Assembly: GCA_038087875.1 (NCBI GenBank)
Contig: CM075989.1
Span: 18,230,001-18,294,000, forward strand
DNA: 64,000 bases
Direction: 5' to 3'
From: Malacoraja senta
Taxonomy: Eukaryota
Shown here in pieces: positions 12,311 to 25,256 of this stretch. The stretch's first letter is position 1. Each line of letters begins with the position of its first letter. A program made the position numbers and the translations under genes. The notes under the pieces are model-generated. The model had not been told where the DNA came from, searched no databases, and saw only the letters and a program-made list of their open reading frames with translations.

Positions 12311-12692
12311 TTGCTCCAATTATTTTATCTCAGTGCTTTGTTGCTAAGGTTCTGTGCATTGTGAGCAAAATAAAATGTGATTGTATCTAAAATGTGCTTC
12401 AACAGGTAACGTCACCTTGAATGAGGATTCTGGCATTAATGCAAACAGGCAATTATTTATATGGTTGGTGAGAACCATAAAAAAAAATGTGTAAGCAAGT
12501 AAGCAAAGATTTGTATTGCTGTTGTGCCTTTAACATGGTATGCATTGTTTCTAACGAAGCCTAGTGCATCATCACAGCAGTACTGGCACTGAGCCAAATA
12601 TAGGGGCCGATTAACAAGTCAAAGAATTATTATTTTTTTAAATAAAGGAAGAATTGTTGTTTATCTGTAGGGAAGCAAAGAGTTTTTTTTTT

Positions 12693-13007
12693 AAGTTTAG
12701 AGATACAGCGTGGAAACAGGCCCTTCGGCCCACCGGGTCCACACCGACCAGCAATCCCCCGCACATTAAAACTACCCAACACACACCAGGGACAATTTTA
12801 CATTGATACATTTATACCAAGCCAATTAACCGACAGACCTGTACGTCTTTGGAGTGCGGGAGAAAACCGAAGATCTCGGAGAAAACCAAGGCGGTCACGG
12901 GGAGATCGTACAAACTCCGTACAGGCAAGCACCCATAGTCAGGGATCGGACCGGGGTCTCTGGCAGTGTAAAGCAGTAGCTCTACCGCTGCGCCACCATG
13001 CCGCCCC
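12693..13007 (-). mobile_element. HE1-like SINE
   Basis: Full-length match to the family. Confidence 0.9.
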
Positions 13008-14763
13008 AGGTGGTGGTGAATCTGTGGGTTTAGGGTGGAATTCATTGCCACAGATGCTTGTGCAGACCAAGTCATTGTGTATTTTTAACGCAGAGATTGA
13101 CAGATTCTCGATCAGTAAGGGTGTCAAAGGCAATGGGGAGAAGGCTGGAGAATAGGGTTGCCACACCTTTGCTCTCACCCCTCACCTCTCAGCTGGAACA
13201 AGGATAGGGTCTTATGGTCCTGAAGGGAATGTTCCCTCTGAAATGTTCTGACCCACCCCTCCATATTAACCAATAGGGCAAGATAGATTAGCCATGATTG
13301 AATGGCAGAGTAGATTCGATGGGCCGAATGGCCTAATTCTGCTCCTATTCCTTACGAATTTATGAAGGACGGGATTTCCAGAGCAGAAAGCAAAGCCACC
13401 ATATAGCAGAGCAAACAAATCTGGCCACATGGGAAAATGCTGATGCTGGAATCTGCAGTTTCAGTTTAGTTTATTGTCACATCTACCGGGGTACAGTGAA
13501 AAGCTTTTGTTGCGTGCTAACCTATCAGCAGAAAGACAATACATGATTACAATCGAGCCATTTACAGTGTACGGGATACGTGATAAGGGAATTACGTTTA
13601 GTGCAAGCCAGCAAAGTCTGGTCAAGGATAGTCCGAGGGTCAGGCTCTCAGGAAACATTCCCTTCATAGATGCTGCCTGACCCGCTGACTTCCTCCAGCA
13701 CTTTAATTAATGTTCAGGGGGCCATATTTGGAGGAGTGTGGATGTGTTTGGCAAAGGTTAATCCAGAGTGAAGGAGGGCAGAGCTATAGAGGGTTTGAAG
13801 TTGAAGGTAAGATCTTTATACTCGAGGCACTGCTTAACTGGTTGTCAAGGTTGACAGTGGAGCACAAGGATAATGTACAAATGGAGGAATAGCAGAATTC
13901 TGGATGATCTTTAAAGGACGGCAATTTGCAATCGCACTAAAATTCTTTCCAGGCGTATATGTGAACTGTAGTGCACAGGTCACCTAGAAATAGATTAAAA
14001 GAGCTTCAATATTGCAAAAGTAAGTAACTCGATATTAGAACATATGCATTCCTTGTCTAGAACATTTAAACCATTCAATATTTATAAAAGTAATTAGTGA
14101 AATAATATGTCTGATATTTTCAATTTTACACACCACACACAAAACTGCCTGATTAAATCTTACATTTTTAATAGCCTTCATTTCTTTGGGCATTCACCGC
14201 AGCCGTATGAGTTTCAAATATTTATAAGTTGCAGGAACCCGCGTGAGGGAACCTGGCTGCGGGTTTTGAACGAGTTCAGCATTGCTCATCACGTCACGCG
14301 CGGGCTGGAAAATCACAGCGCGAAGCACGTACCTCCTCGCGTCGTTTGGGAAACCTACCCAAGTTAGCCGTTGTTTTTCTTGTGAAACGCTCACATGGCT
14401 GATAAGGAGTCCTGTACGGAGTCGCACGGCTGTTCTCAATGAAGCAGCAGCGTCAGGACTGAGCAGTTTAATGTATAAAATATACACATTCTAATAATAA
14501 CATTTTCAGCAGGAATTAACTGGGGCCATTGGCTAACTCATTGAGTGAACTGGAAAGGAGCCCAACGGCGTAACAATCGGCCTATTTGGTTGCAGTTGTG
14601 AAGTGCAGCTTTAGTTCCACTCTTCCACAGCTCTTTGCCTGACTTAATGAAGGTAGTGTTTGTCCTTTGGTTCCTAAACCAGCCCATCTTCCAATCTCTG
14701 CCGCTGAGATTAAATGTGCAGCTGTAGATGTCTTCATTACTATGCTATCGGGTTCCTTGTGTT

Positions 14764-17083
14764 CAGTTGAGTTTAGAGATACAGCATGGAAACAGGCCCT
14801 TTGGCCTACTGAGTCCGCGCCGACCAGCGATCCCCGCACGCCAACACTATCCTACACACACAAGGGACAATTTTTTACATATATACACCAAGCCAATTAA
14901 CCTACAAGCCTTATACATCTTTGGAGTGTGGGAGGAAACTGAAGTTCTCGGAGAAAACCCACGCAGGTCACGGGAAGAACGTACAAACTCCATATGCCCT
15001 CATTGCTGCTAAATCCGCCTACCTCTCCTCCATATTCACCGACCCCTGCCTAAACCACAGAACCCTCTTCTCCACAGTGTGCAACCTCCTCAAGCCTCGA
15101 GACAACACTCTCCCTACCTCCACTCCGGATCTCTGCAACTCATTCCTCCACTTTTTTGCTGACAAAATCAGCACCATCTATCAATCTTTATCCCCTCTAC
15201 CCGACTCCCCAGCATCTACTCCACCACCTACCAAGGCCCCTCCTTTCAACATCTTCGCTGACCTCCTTACCCCTCCTCCTCACTGCTTCCTCTCCCAGTT
15301 TGACCCGGTCACCCCTACTGAAATCTCCAAACTCATCAGCTCTTCCAAACCCACTACCTGCTCCCTCGACCCTCTCCCCACTCCCCTGCTGAAGTCCTGC
15401 CTCCCCGCTCTCTGCCACTACCTCACTAATCTCTTCAACTCCTCATTGTCCCAAGGAATTGTCCCCTTTCAAAACTGCTGCTGTCACACCAATCTGAAAG
15501 AAACCTGGTCTTGATCCCTCCTCTCTCATTAACTACCGCCCTATCTCAAACCTCCCCTTTCTTTCAAAAACCCTGGAGCGTATCGTCGCGTCACAACTTC
15601 ATTCCCACCTCCTCGTGTATAATCTATTCAAACCCCTCCAATCTGGCTTTTGCCCCCTCCATAGCACAGAAACTGCTCTCCTCAAAGTCCTCAATGACCT
15701 CCTTAACTTTGCTGACACTGGCTCCCTCAATATCCTCATCCTCCTCGACCTGAGTGCAGCCTTCGATACCGTGAACCATAACATCCTGCTCACCAGACTT
15801 AGGGACCTTGGCATTGAAGGTTCTGCACTCAGCTGGTTCCGTTCCTACCTTTCCAACTGATCCCACTTCATCTCTCTCCATAACCACACCTCTGCCACAG
15901 CCACTGTCACTCAAGGCGTTCCCCAAGGCTCCGTTCTTGGTCCCCTCCTCTTCATTATCTACATCCTCCCCCTTGGTCATATACTCCGTCACTTCAACCT
16001 GGACTTCCACTGCTATGCTGATGACACCCAGATCTATCTCAGCACCCAATCCCCCCACCACCCTCCTCTCTCCCATATCAACTCCTGCCTGTCAGCCATC
16101 AAATCTTGGATGCAACTCAACTTCCTTAAATTAAACAGCAGCAAAACAGTATTTCTCCTCATTGGCTCCAAATCAACACTCACTAAAATTAACAACCCCA
16201 CTCTCACTATTGACGGCACCACTGTCTCCCCATCTCCTCAGGCACGCAACCTTGGCGTGATCTTTGACTCAACCCTCTCCCTTGAGCCTCACATCCGCCA
16301 TGTTATCAAAACATCATTTTTTCACCTCCGCAACATTGCCAAAATCAGATCCTCTCTCACACCCCCCGCTGCTGAAAGACTCATCCATGCCTTCATCTCC
16401 TCCCGACTGGACTACTGTAACTCTCTTCTCTTTGGCATCAATTCCAGCAACATCAACCGACTCCAACTGGTCCAGAACGCTGCCGCCCGACTCATTACCC
16501 ACACCAAATCCTGGCACCACATCACCCCAGTTCTCAAAGAACTTCACTGGCTTCCTATTTCCCACCGGATCATCTACAAAATCCTGGTCCTCACCTACAA
16601 AGCCCTCAACCACTTGCCCCCCCCTTATCTCACTGACCTCCTCTCCCCCTACCAACCCTCACGGTCCCTCAGATCCACATCAGCTGGTCTCCTCTCCACT
16701 CCGAAATCCAACCTCTGCACTTTTGGAGGCAGAGCCTTCTCCAGGGCAGCTCCCAGGCTCTGGAATTCCCTCCCACAACTGATCCGAAATTCTGAGTCCC
16801 TCACCATCTTCCAGTCCCGCCTCAAGACCCATCTCTTCACCTCTGCATACCCTTAGTCCCATGTCCCCCTCCCCTTTGCCTCTCTGTCTTACTGCTCTAT
16901 TTTGTTTTGTTTATTCTTGACTCTCAATTGTAAAGCGACTTTGAGTCCTTGAAAAGCGCTATATAAATAAAATCTATTATTATTATTATTATACAGGCAA
17001 GCACCCGTGGCCAGAATCGAAACCGGGTCTCTTGCGCTGTAAGTGCCGTAAGCAGCAACTCTACCGCTACGCCACCCTGCCAC
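14764..17083 (-). mobile_element. HE1-like SINE split by the L2 (14764-14993 and 16991-17083)
   Basis: The halves rejoin at aaactcc/atacag in the SINE consensus. Confidence 0.85.
14994..16990 (+). mobile_element. 5'-truncated L2 LINE (RT region and C-terminus), disrupted; inserted into a SINE
   Basis: QSGF..HSTETALLKV, LLDLSAAFDTV, GVPQGS, YADD, FLKLN, SRLDYCN, LHWLP motifs. Frameshift near 15465 and stop at 15858; AATAAA plus (TAT)n tail. Confidence 0.95.
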
Positions 17084-19799
17084 CGTAGAGAAGCATAGAA
17101 CTTACAGTGGTACAGCACAGGAACAGGCCCTTCAGCCCACATATCCTGTGCCAAATATGATGTCAAGTTAAATTAATCTTCTCTGCCTACACATGATCCA
17201 TATCTCTCCATTCCCTGCATGCCCATGTGTCTATCTAAAAGTCTCTTTAATGCCACTATCGTATCTGCCTCCGCTACCGCCCCTGGCACCCTCCACTCTC
17301 GGAATAAAACCGTGCCACGCACATCTCCTTTAACCTTTGCCCCTCTCGCATTACAGCTATGTCCTCTAGTCTTTGACATTTCCATCCTGAGAAGGAGATT
17401 CTGATCGTCTACCCGATCTGGTCCCCTTATAATGTTATATGCTTCTATCTGGGCTCCCCTCAACATCTGATGCTCCAGGTTTGTCCAACCTCTTCTTATT
17501 ATTAATACCCTCTAATCCGGGCAGCATTTTAGTAAACCTCATCTGCACCCTCTCCAAAGCCTCCACGTACTTCTTGTAATGTAGTTATCTTGGATCCAAA
17601 CATCAGTTATTTGCCACAAAGTGCTGGAGTAACTCAGTGGGTCAGGCAGCATCCGCGGAGAACATGGGTTGGTGACGTTTCGTGTCGGGGCACTTCTTCA
17701 GACTACCCTCAGTCTGAATCTAAAGAAGGGTCCCGACCCGAAACGTCATCACCTGTCCATGTTCTCCAGGGAAGCTGCCTCTCCTGCTGAGTTACTCCAG
17801 CACTTTGTGTCCTTTTTTGGTGAACCAGCATATGCGGTTCCTTGATTCTACTATTAGTTATTTTGCCATTTGCCAGTCCCAGGTACAAGATGCTGAGAGA
17901 TGGAGGAAATGGAAGTCGAGTGGGGGGGGGGCTTTGATTTGTCCTTTTTTCCAAGTTTACACCAGGCACTACACCCGTGACTACAACTTGATGAATGCTT
18001 TTGAAAATTTGCAGTGGATTTGGTTCATTTATTCTCGGCGATTTGTTTATAAAACCTTCAAATTTGGGGATTTCCTGTCTGAAAATACACTAATGTAGTA
18101 AGCTCCAACTGGAGTCATTCAGAACGCCCTTCTACCAAGATTTAATGAAGTGATTCAGACCAAGCCTGGTCATGGTACAGTCCCGTTCAATAGCACTAGT
18201 GTTGCCCAGGTACCAGTGCCAATCTATTTTTAACGTTGAAGGTCAATAGCGTGCTATGTTAGGATTGAAAGTTTGAAAACTTCACACGACAGCACAGGAT
18301 ATTGTGCGGGAATGTTTCAATCTTCCTTTTATACTGAGATTACGCCCCTAATGGCACCTCAGATGATTTCTTTTGACTTAGCTTCCTAGTGTATTGTTTT
18401 AGCCTCCTGGCTCATTGCTGATGTGGGAGACCACATGGATTCATCTCACGAATCCCTCTGCCTTTATTTATTTGCCTTATTGTTCAGGTTAGTTCAGGGA
18501 TACAGCATGGAAACAGGCCCTTCGGCCCACTGAGTCCGCGCCGACCAGCCACCACCCATTCGCACGAGTTCCGTGCTTTACGAATTTCTCATCCAGTCCC
18601 TACACACTCGGGGCAATTTACAGAGGACAATGAACCTACAAAGCTGCACCACTTGGGGATGTGGGAGGGATATGGATCGCAAATGAGATTAGTTCAGCTA
18701 GGCATCATGTGTGGCACAAACATTGCGGGCCGAAGGATCTATTCCTGGCTGTGCTGTACTCTTTTATGTTCTATGTTCATCCGGATGGAACCGGCGCGGT
18801 CACAGGGAGAACATGCAAACTCCACACTGATAGCACCAGAGGTCAGGATCAAACCTGGGCCTCCGGTGCTCTGAGATCCAGCTGGATCAGACGGATCTCA
18901 CTCAAACCGCTCTTTTTAACGATAGTTTGAGTCAACAAAGTTAACACTTGGCTTTTAGTCTGGCAAGTGATCTGATTTGTCCTTTCGTATACCTTTCATT
19001 CATTTGTTCTTTGCACATCTTCATACCTCTCGTTTCCCTCTCCCCCCCCCCCCCCGGCTCTCGGTCTGAAGAAGGGTCTCGAACCGAAAAGTCACCTCTT
19101 CCTTTCCTCCAGAGATGCTGCCTGACCCTCTGAGCCACTCCAGAATTTGGTGTCTATCTTAAGTCATCTGCGACCACTTTGTTTCGTGAATGATGCGTAA
19201 ATGCAAGCTTTTCCCAGGTGATCTTGAAGCGACGACACTTTCATTCTTAAGACGCTACACGCGGTGAATCGATGCACCTACAGTCACACGTGCAGCAGAA
19301 CTTTCTCTCTCTGATAAAGGGACTGTGGCAGCTAGCAATTTTAGCCTCACTCCAATTATAATTCCTCCATCACATCAATTAAAATCTATTTGGTTTGTCG
19401 TGTTAATTGCAGAAAAACTGCAAATAATACATTAGCCCATCAGGAGAAGGGGAGCATATAGCAATTAAGCCGCCAAGATTCAAGAGATCTATTGTACCAC
19501 TTAATGTCTAAACAAACCGCACAGCTGCATCATTGTGGTTTGAGTTTAAAACTGCTTTATTCACAAACAAGGATGTTCTATCTCAAAACAAGGACGTGCT
19601 ATTTCACAATTCTCACTCACAGTTGCCTGGTCAGCAAACACAGTGACTTAACTTTATTTAAATAAAGATGCACTTGTACTTTTCCCCTCCTGCAAGGAGC
19701 GAGGGCAGGGTATTATGGTCAGAGTTCTGCCTTGCCTTTGTGGCTCCAATACAAAGTAAAACTGCAAGACCGATCCCAACCGTGCAAATGGGACCAGCC

Positions 19800-20137
19800 C
19801 CATCTTTGGACACCCTGTGCGTAGGGTAGAGCTGAAGATGTCCTGGTTGGGTCGCTCCTGGGCCTGGCCAAGCTGGCCATCCGCGAGTCACTGAGCTCTG
19901 CCCGAGCCGGCTGCCTGCCCCTTCTCCGGGGTTGTGTCCAGGTGGCACTAGAGAGGGACTATGCGCTGTCCACGGGCTCCCTGGGGGATTTCGGGGACTG
20001 CTGGGCACCGCGGGGGGTGGAATGCATCCTTGATAAGGACGGGGAAATTGTTATTTCGGAATATTTATTTTACTTGTACTATGTTGGTGGGTTTTGTTTT
20101 GAATTATTTAGTATTGTAAATAATATTGTAAATACTT
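19800..20137 (+). mobile_element. Tx1-clade L1 3' fragment
   Basis: IFGHPV...LLGLAKLAIRES...ALERDYALSTGSLGDFGDCWAPRG, followed by an AT-rich UTR. Confidence 0.75.
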
Positions 20138-21153
20138 GAAGGACTCTATATATATATATATATTTTTTTAAACGTACAAATGGACAGAGATGTGTTTTGA
20201 ATCGAATTGAACTGCATTTGCTCAAAGAAAAGCAAAGGCACATGTATGGTGAATTACACAGAGGATGTAAAAATGTGAGCAATTCTGAGGTGGGCCTTGA
20301 TTTTACGTAAAGGTATAAAATGAGCAATTACAAGTCAACGGCCCGTTTTGCATCACACTCGACTTTATTTCCATTACGAAAATAAAGATTGGGTTTTCGA
20401 TCTATCATTCCTACAAAACCATAACGAACCATGTCTTTGTGCCTTCATGATGTGTAACTAAGGTGGAATTTAGTAGTTTCCAAAAGGGAGCTAATTTGCT
20501 CACTGAAGCTGTAAGGTATTGACCGTAGTGTACTGACCGCAGATAATTTACCATTAAATCATTTCATTAATTAGAAAGGATATGGATCATGTGCAGGCAG
20601 ATGAGATCAGTATAACATGGCATCATGTTTCGGCACAGCCGAAGGGCCCGATCCTGTGCTGTACTGTGTTCGATGTTCTGTTTTTTAATTAGGTTTAATT
20701 AAAAATAATTGCAAACTAAATCACGATATGCCTCATGAATTGAGCACTGTTCCTGTAGCCAGGATGATTCAATAGCCTGACCCTCCACAATTTCCTCCCT
20801 TGCACCTTTAATGGCTTGAGATATACTCCATCCAAGCCTAATGACTTGCCTTCTGTCTTGCTATAAATTCATGTTCACAAGTGATAGAAGCAGAATTAGG
20901 CCATTTGGCCCATCAGGTCTATTCCACCATTCAATGGTGGCTGCTCTACATCTCCCTCCTAGCCCCATTCTCCTGCCATCTCCCCATAACCCCCGACACC
21001 CGTGCTAATCAAGAATCTATCCATCTCTGCCTTAAAAATATCAATTGACTTGGCCTCCACAGCCTTGTAACCATTACAGCACGGGTTTCAAGTTACATTT
21101 GGCCCTTCAAGTCCGTGCCGAACACTTAAAAAATTTTTTTTTTTAACTTCCCC

Positions 21154-24093
21154 CTAGTCCCATCTACCTGCACTCAGACCATAACCCTCCATTCCTTTCC
21201 CGTCCATATACCCATCCAATCTATTTTTAAAGGATAAAATCGAACCTGCCTCCACCACTTCCACTGGAAGCTCATTCCACACAGCTACCACTCTCTGAGT
21301 AAAGAAGTTCCTCCTAATGTTACCCCTAAACTTCTGTCCCTTAATTCTCAAGTCATGTCCCCTTGTTTGAATCTTCCCTACTCTCAATGGGAAAAGCTTA
21401 TCCACGTCAACTCTGTCTAACCCGCTCATCATTTTAAAGACCTCTATCAAGTCCCCTCTTAACCTTCTGCGCTCCAAAGAATAAAGACCTAGCTTGTTCA
21501 ACCTTTCTCTGTAACTTAGGTGCTGAAACCCAGGCAACATTCTAGTAAATCTCCTCTGTACTCTCTCTATTTTGTTGACATCCTTCCTATAATTAGGCGA
21601 CCAAAATTGTACTCCATACTCCAGAATTGGCCTCACCAATGTCTTGTACAATTTTAACATTACATCCCAACTTCTATATTCAATGCTCTGATTTATAAAG
21701 GCCAGCACACCAAAAGCTTTCTTTACCACCCTATCTACATGAGATTCCACCTTCAGGGAACTATGCACAGTTATTCCTAGATCCCTCTGTTCAACTGCAT
21801 TCCTCAATTCGCTACCGTTTACCACGTACGTCCTATTTTGATTTGTCCTGCCGAGATGTAGCACCTCACATTTATCAGCATTAAACTCCATCTGCCATCT
21901 TTCAGCCCCCTCTTCCAAATGGCCTAAATTTCTCTGTAGACTTTGAAAATCTACTTCATTATCCACAACACCACCTATCTTAGTATCATCTGCATACTTA
22001 CTAATCCAATTTTCCACACCATCATCCAGATCATTGATGTACATGACAAACAACAGTGGACCCAACACAGACCCCTGAGGCACCCCACTAGTCACCGGCC
22101 TCCAACCTGACAAGCAGCCATCCACCATTACTCTCTGGCATCTCCCATTCAGCCACTGTTGAATCCATCTTGCCACTCCACCATTAATACCCAACAATTG
22201 AATCTTCTTAACCAACCTTCCATGAGGAACCTTGTCAAAGGCCTTACTGAAGTCCATATAGACAACATCCACTGCTTTACCCTCATCAATTTCCCTAGTG
22301 ACCTCTTCGAAAAATTCAAGAAGATTAGTCAAACATGACCTTCCAGGCACAAATCCATGTTGACTGTTCCTAATCAGACCCTGCTTTTCCAGATGCTTAT
22401 ATATATTATCTCTAAGTATCCTTTCCATTAATTTGCCCACCACTGACGTCAAACTAACAGGTCTATAATTGCTAGGTTTACTCTTAGAACCCTTTTTAAA
22501 CAACGGAACAACATGCGCAGTACGCCAATCCTCCGGCACTATTCCCGTTTCTAATGGCATTTGAAATATTTCTGTCATAGCCCCTGCTATTTCTACACTA
22601 ACTTCCCTCAATGTCCTAGGGAATATCCTGTCAGGACCTGGAGACTTATCCGTTTTCATATTTTTCAAAAGTGTCCGCACCTCCTCTTCTTTGAATCTCA
22701 TAGTTTCCATTGCTACTCTGCTTGTTTCCCTTACCTCACATAATTCCTTCTTCTTGGTGAATACCGAAGAAAAGAAATTGTTCAATATCTCCCCCATCTC
22801 TTTTGGCTCTGCAGATAGCTGTCCACTCTGACTCTCTAATGCACCAATTTTATTCCTTGTTATCCTTTTGCTATTAATATAGCTGTAGAAACCCTTTGGA
22901 TTTACTTTCACCTTACTTGCCAAAGCATCCTCATATCTTCTTTCAGCTTTTCTAATTTCTTTCTTAATATTCTTTTTACATTCTTTATACTCCTCAAGCA
23001 CCTCATTTACTCCATGCTGCCTATAATAATTGTAGATCTCTCTCTTTTTCCGAACCAAGTGTCCAATTTCCCTTGAAAACCATGGCTCTTTCCAATTTTT
23101 ACTATTTCCTTTCAACCGAACAGGGACATAAAGATTGTGTACTCTTAAAATGTCACCTTTAAATGTCCTCCATTTCTCTTCTACATCCTTCCCATAAAAC
23201 AACATGTCCCAATTCACTCCATTTAAATCCTTTCGCATCTCCTCAAAGTTAGCCTTTCTCCAATCAAAAATCTCAACCCTGGGTCCAGTTCTGACCCTCT
23301 CCATAATTATATTGAAACTAATGGTATTGTGATCACTGGACCCGAAGTGCTCCCCAACGCTTACCTCCGCCACCTGCCCAGTCTCATTTCCTAACAGGAG
23401 GTCCAGCACTGCCCCTTCTCTAGTAGGTACCTCTATGTATTGCTGCAAAAAACTATCCTGCACACATTTTACAAACTCCAAACCATCCAGCCCTTTTACA
23501 GAATGTGTTTCCCAGTCTATGTGTGGAAAATTGAAATCTCCCACAATCACTACCTTGTGCTTACTACTAATATCTGCTATCTCCTTACATATTTGCTCTT
23601 CCAATTCTCGCTCCCCATTTGGCGGTCTATAATACACCCCTATAAGTGTTGCTACACCTTTCCCATTTCTCAGTTCCACCCAAATAGCCTCCCTAGACGA
23701 GCCCTCTAATCTATCCTGCCAAAGCACTGCTGTAATATCTTCCTTGACAAGCAATGCAACACCCCCACCTCTTGCCCCTCCAATTCTATCACCCCTGATG
23801 CAACGAAATCCTGGAATATTTAGTTTCCAATCACAGCCCTCCTGCAACCATGTTTCACTGATCGCCACAACATCATACTTCCAGGTGTCAATCCAGGCTC
23901 TAAGCTCATCCACCTTTCTTACAATGCTCATAGCATTAAAATATACACATTTAAGAAACCCACCACCACTTATTCTCTGTTTATTATCTTTTTCTTCTTT
24001 CTCCCCTACATTAAGGGTCCGAGTGCTTCCCTTCTCTGCCTCCTGCCTCCCACATTTTCTACTAGCTTTCTCTATTTGAGTCCCTCCCCCCAA
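21154..24093 (-). CDS. CR1 ORF2: APE endonuclease plus reverse transcriptase (979 aa open frame, starts at TTG)
   Basis: Motifs AISETW, VGDFNFP, SDH, KSPGPD, QHGF, DFSKAFDKV, GVPQGSVLGP, YADD, and CR1 C-terminal LYSLERRRLRGDLIE. Confidence 0.96.
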   Translation of the reverse strand: MGGGTQIEKASRKCGRQEAEKGSTRTLNVGEKEEKDNKQRISGGGFLKCVYFNAMSIVRKVDELRAWIDTWKYDVVAISETWLQEGCDWKLNIPGFRCIRGDRIGGARGGGVALLVKEDITAVLWQDRLEGSSREAIWVELRNGKGVATLIGVYYRPPNGERELEEQICKEIADISSKHKVVIVGDFNFPHIDWETHSVKGLDGLEFVKCVQDSFLQQYIEVPTREGAVLDLLLGNETGQVAEVSVGEHFGSSDHNTISFNIIMERVRTGPRVEIFDWRKANFEEMRKDLNGVNWDMLFYGKDVEEKWRTFKGDILRVHNLYVPVRLKGNSKNWKEPWFSREIGHLVRKKREIYNYYRQHGVNEVLEEYKECKKNIKKEIRKAERRYEDALASKVKVNPKGFYSYINSKRITRNKIGALESQSGQLSAEPKEMGEILNNFFSSVFTKKKELCEVRETSRVAMETMRFKEEEVRTLLKNMKTDKSPGPDRIFPRTLREVSVEIAGAMTEIFQMPLETGIVPEDWRTAHVVPLFKKGSKSKPSNYRPVSLTSVVGKLMERILRDNIYKHLEKQGLIRNSQHGFVPGRSCLTNLLEFFEEVTREIDEGKAVDVVYMDFSKAFDKVPHGRLVKKIQLLGINGGVARWIQQWLNGRCQRVMVDGCLSGWRPVTSGVPQGSVLGPLLFVMYINDLDDGVENWISKYADDTKIGGVVDNEVDFQSLQRNLGHLEEGAERWQMEFNADKCEVLHLGRTNQNRTYVVNGSELRNAVEQRDLGITVHSSLKVESHVDRVVKKAFGVLAFINQSIEYRSWDVMLKLYKTLVRPILEYGVQFWSPNYRKDVNKIERVQRRFTRMLPGFQHLSYRERLNKLGLYSLERRRLRGDLIEVFKMMSGLDRVDVDKLFPLRVGKIQTRGHDLRIKGQKFRGNIRRNFFTQRVVAVWNELPVEVVEAGSILSFKNRLDGYMDGKGMEGYGLSAGRWD

Positions 24094-24098
24094 CCGTT

Positions 24099-25034
24099 CT
24101 AGTTTAAAGTCTCCCCAGTAGCCTTTGCAAATCTCCCCGCCAGGATATTGGTCCCCCTCGGGTTCAAGTGCAACCCGTCCTTTCTGTACAGGTCACACCT
24201 TCCCCAAAAGAGGTCCCAATGATCCAGAAATTTGAATCCCTGCCCGCTGCACCAGTTCCTCAGCCACGCATTTATCCTCCACCTCATTCCATTCCTACTC
24301 TCACCGTCGCGTGGCACAGGCAGTAATCCTGAGATTGTTACCTTTGCGGTCCTTCTCCTTAACTCTCCTCCCAACTCCCTAAATTCTCCTTTCAGGACCT
24401 CTTCTCTTTTTCTGCCTATGTCATTGGTACCTATATGTACCACAACCTCAGGCTCCTCTCCCTCCGATTTCAGGATATCTTGGACGCGTTCAGACACATC
24501 CCTGACCCTGGCACCAGGGAGGCAAACTACCATCCGGGTCTCCTGACTGCGTCCACAGAATCGCCTATCCGACCCCCTAACCATAGAGTCCCCTATTACT
24601 ATTGCCCTCCTCTTCTTTTCCCTACCCTTCTGAGCAATATGGCCGGTCTCTGTGCCGCAGGCCCGGCCACTGTCGCTACCCCCATGAAGGCTGTCCCCCC
24701 CAACAGTACTCAAACAGGAGTACTTATTTTCTAGGTGTACAGCCACCGGGGTACTCACTAGTCCCTGCCTCTGCCCCTTGCCCTTCCTAACCGTGACCCA
24801 CTTGTCCGCCTCCCGTGGTCTTGGAGTGGCCACCTCCCTATAACTCCTTTCTATGACCTCCTCACTCTCCCTGATCAGACAGAGGTCATCGAGCTGCTGC
24901 TCCAGGTTCCTAACACGATCCCTTAGGAACCCCATCTCGACGCACCTGGCACAGATGTGGACGTCTGGAGGGCTATCAGACTCCATGACCTCCCACATCT
25001 GACATCCAGAACAGTAAACTGCCCTGGCCCTCAT
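24099..25034 (-). CDS. CR1 ORF1p: N-terminal Cys zinc finger/coiled coil plus SGNH esterase-like domain (311 aa)
   Basis: CSGC...CARC, IVIGDSMVRG, VVHIGTNDI and DGLHLN motifs typical of esterase-type CR1 ORF1. Confidence 0.93.
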   Translation of the reverse strand: MRARAVYCSGCQMWEVMESDSPPDVHICARCVEMGFLRDRVRNLEQQLDDLCLIRESEEVIERSYREVATPRPREADKWVTVRKGKGQRQGLVSTPVAVHLENKYSCLSTVGGDSLHGGSDSGRACGTETGHIAQKGREKKRRAIVIGDSMVRGSDRRFCGRSQETRMVVCLPGARVRDVSERVQDILKSEGEEPEVVVHIGTNDIGRKREEVLKGEFRELGGELRRRTAKVTISGLLPVPRDGESRNGMRWRINAWLRNWCSGQGFKFLDHWDLFWGRCDLYRKDGLHLNPRGTNILAGRFAKATGETLN

Positions 25035-25041
25035 TCTCCCC

Positions 25042-25137
25042 CCTTACCCTGGATACAATATAAAGCCTTACCCTGGATATAATACAAAGCCTTACCCTGG
25101 ATACAATACAGAGCCTTACCCTGGATACAATACAAAC
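25042..25137. repeat. 24-bp tandem repeat (x4) in the CR1 5' UTR
   Basis: Unit ccttaccctggatacaatayaaag repeated four times. Confidence 0.9.
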
Positions 25138-25256
25138 TGGTGGAGGAAATCAGCAGGGATCTGACACCAATCAGCTGCTTCCTCTTAGTCCTCTTCCACC
25201 AATCAGCGGCTTCCTCACTTATATGAAACGTGAATGGAACGCTGCAGTTTTGGGTT

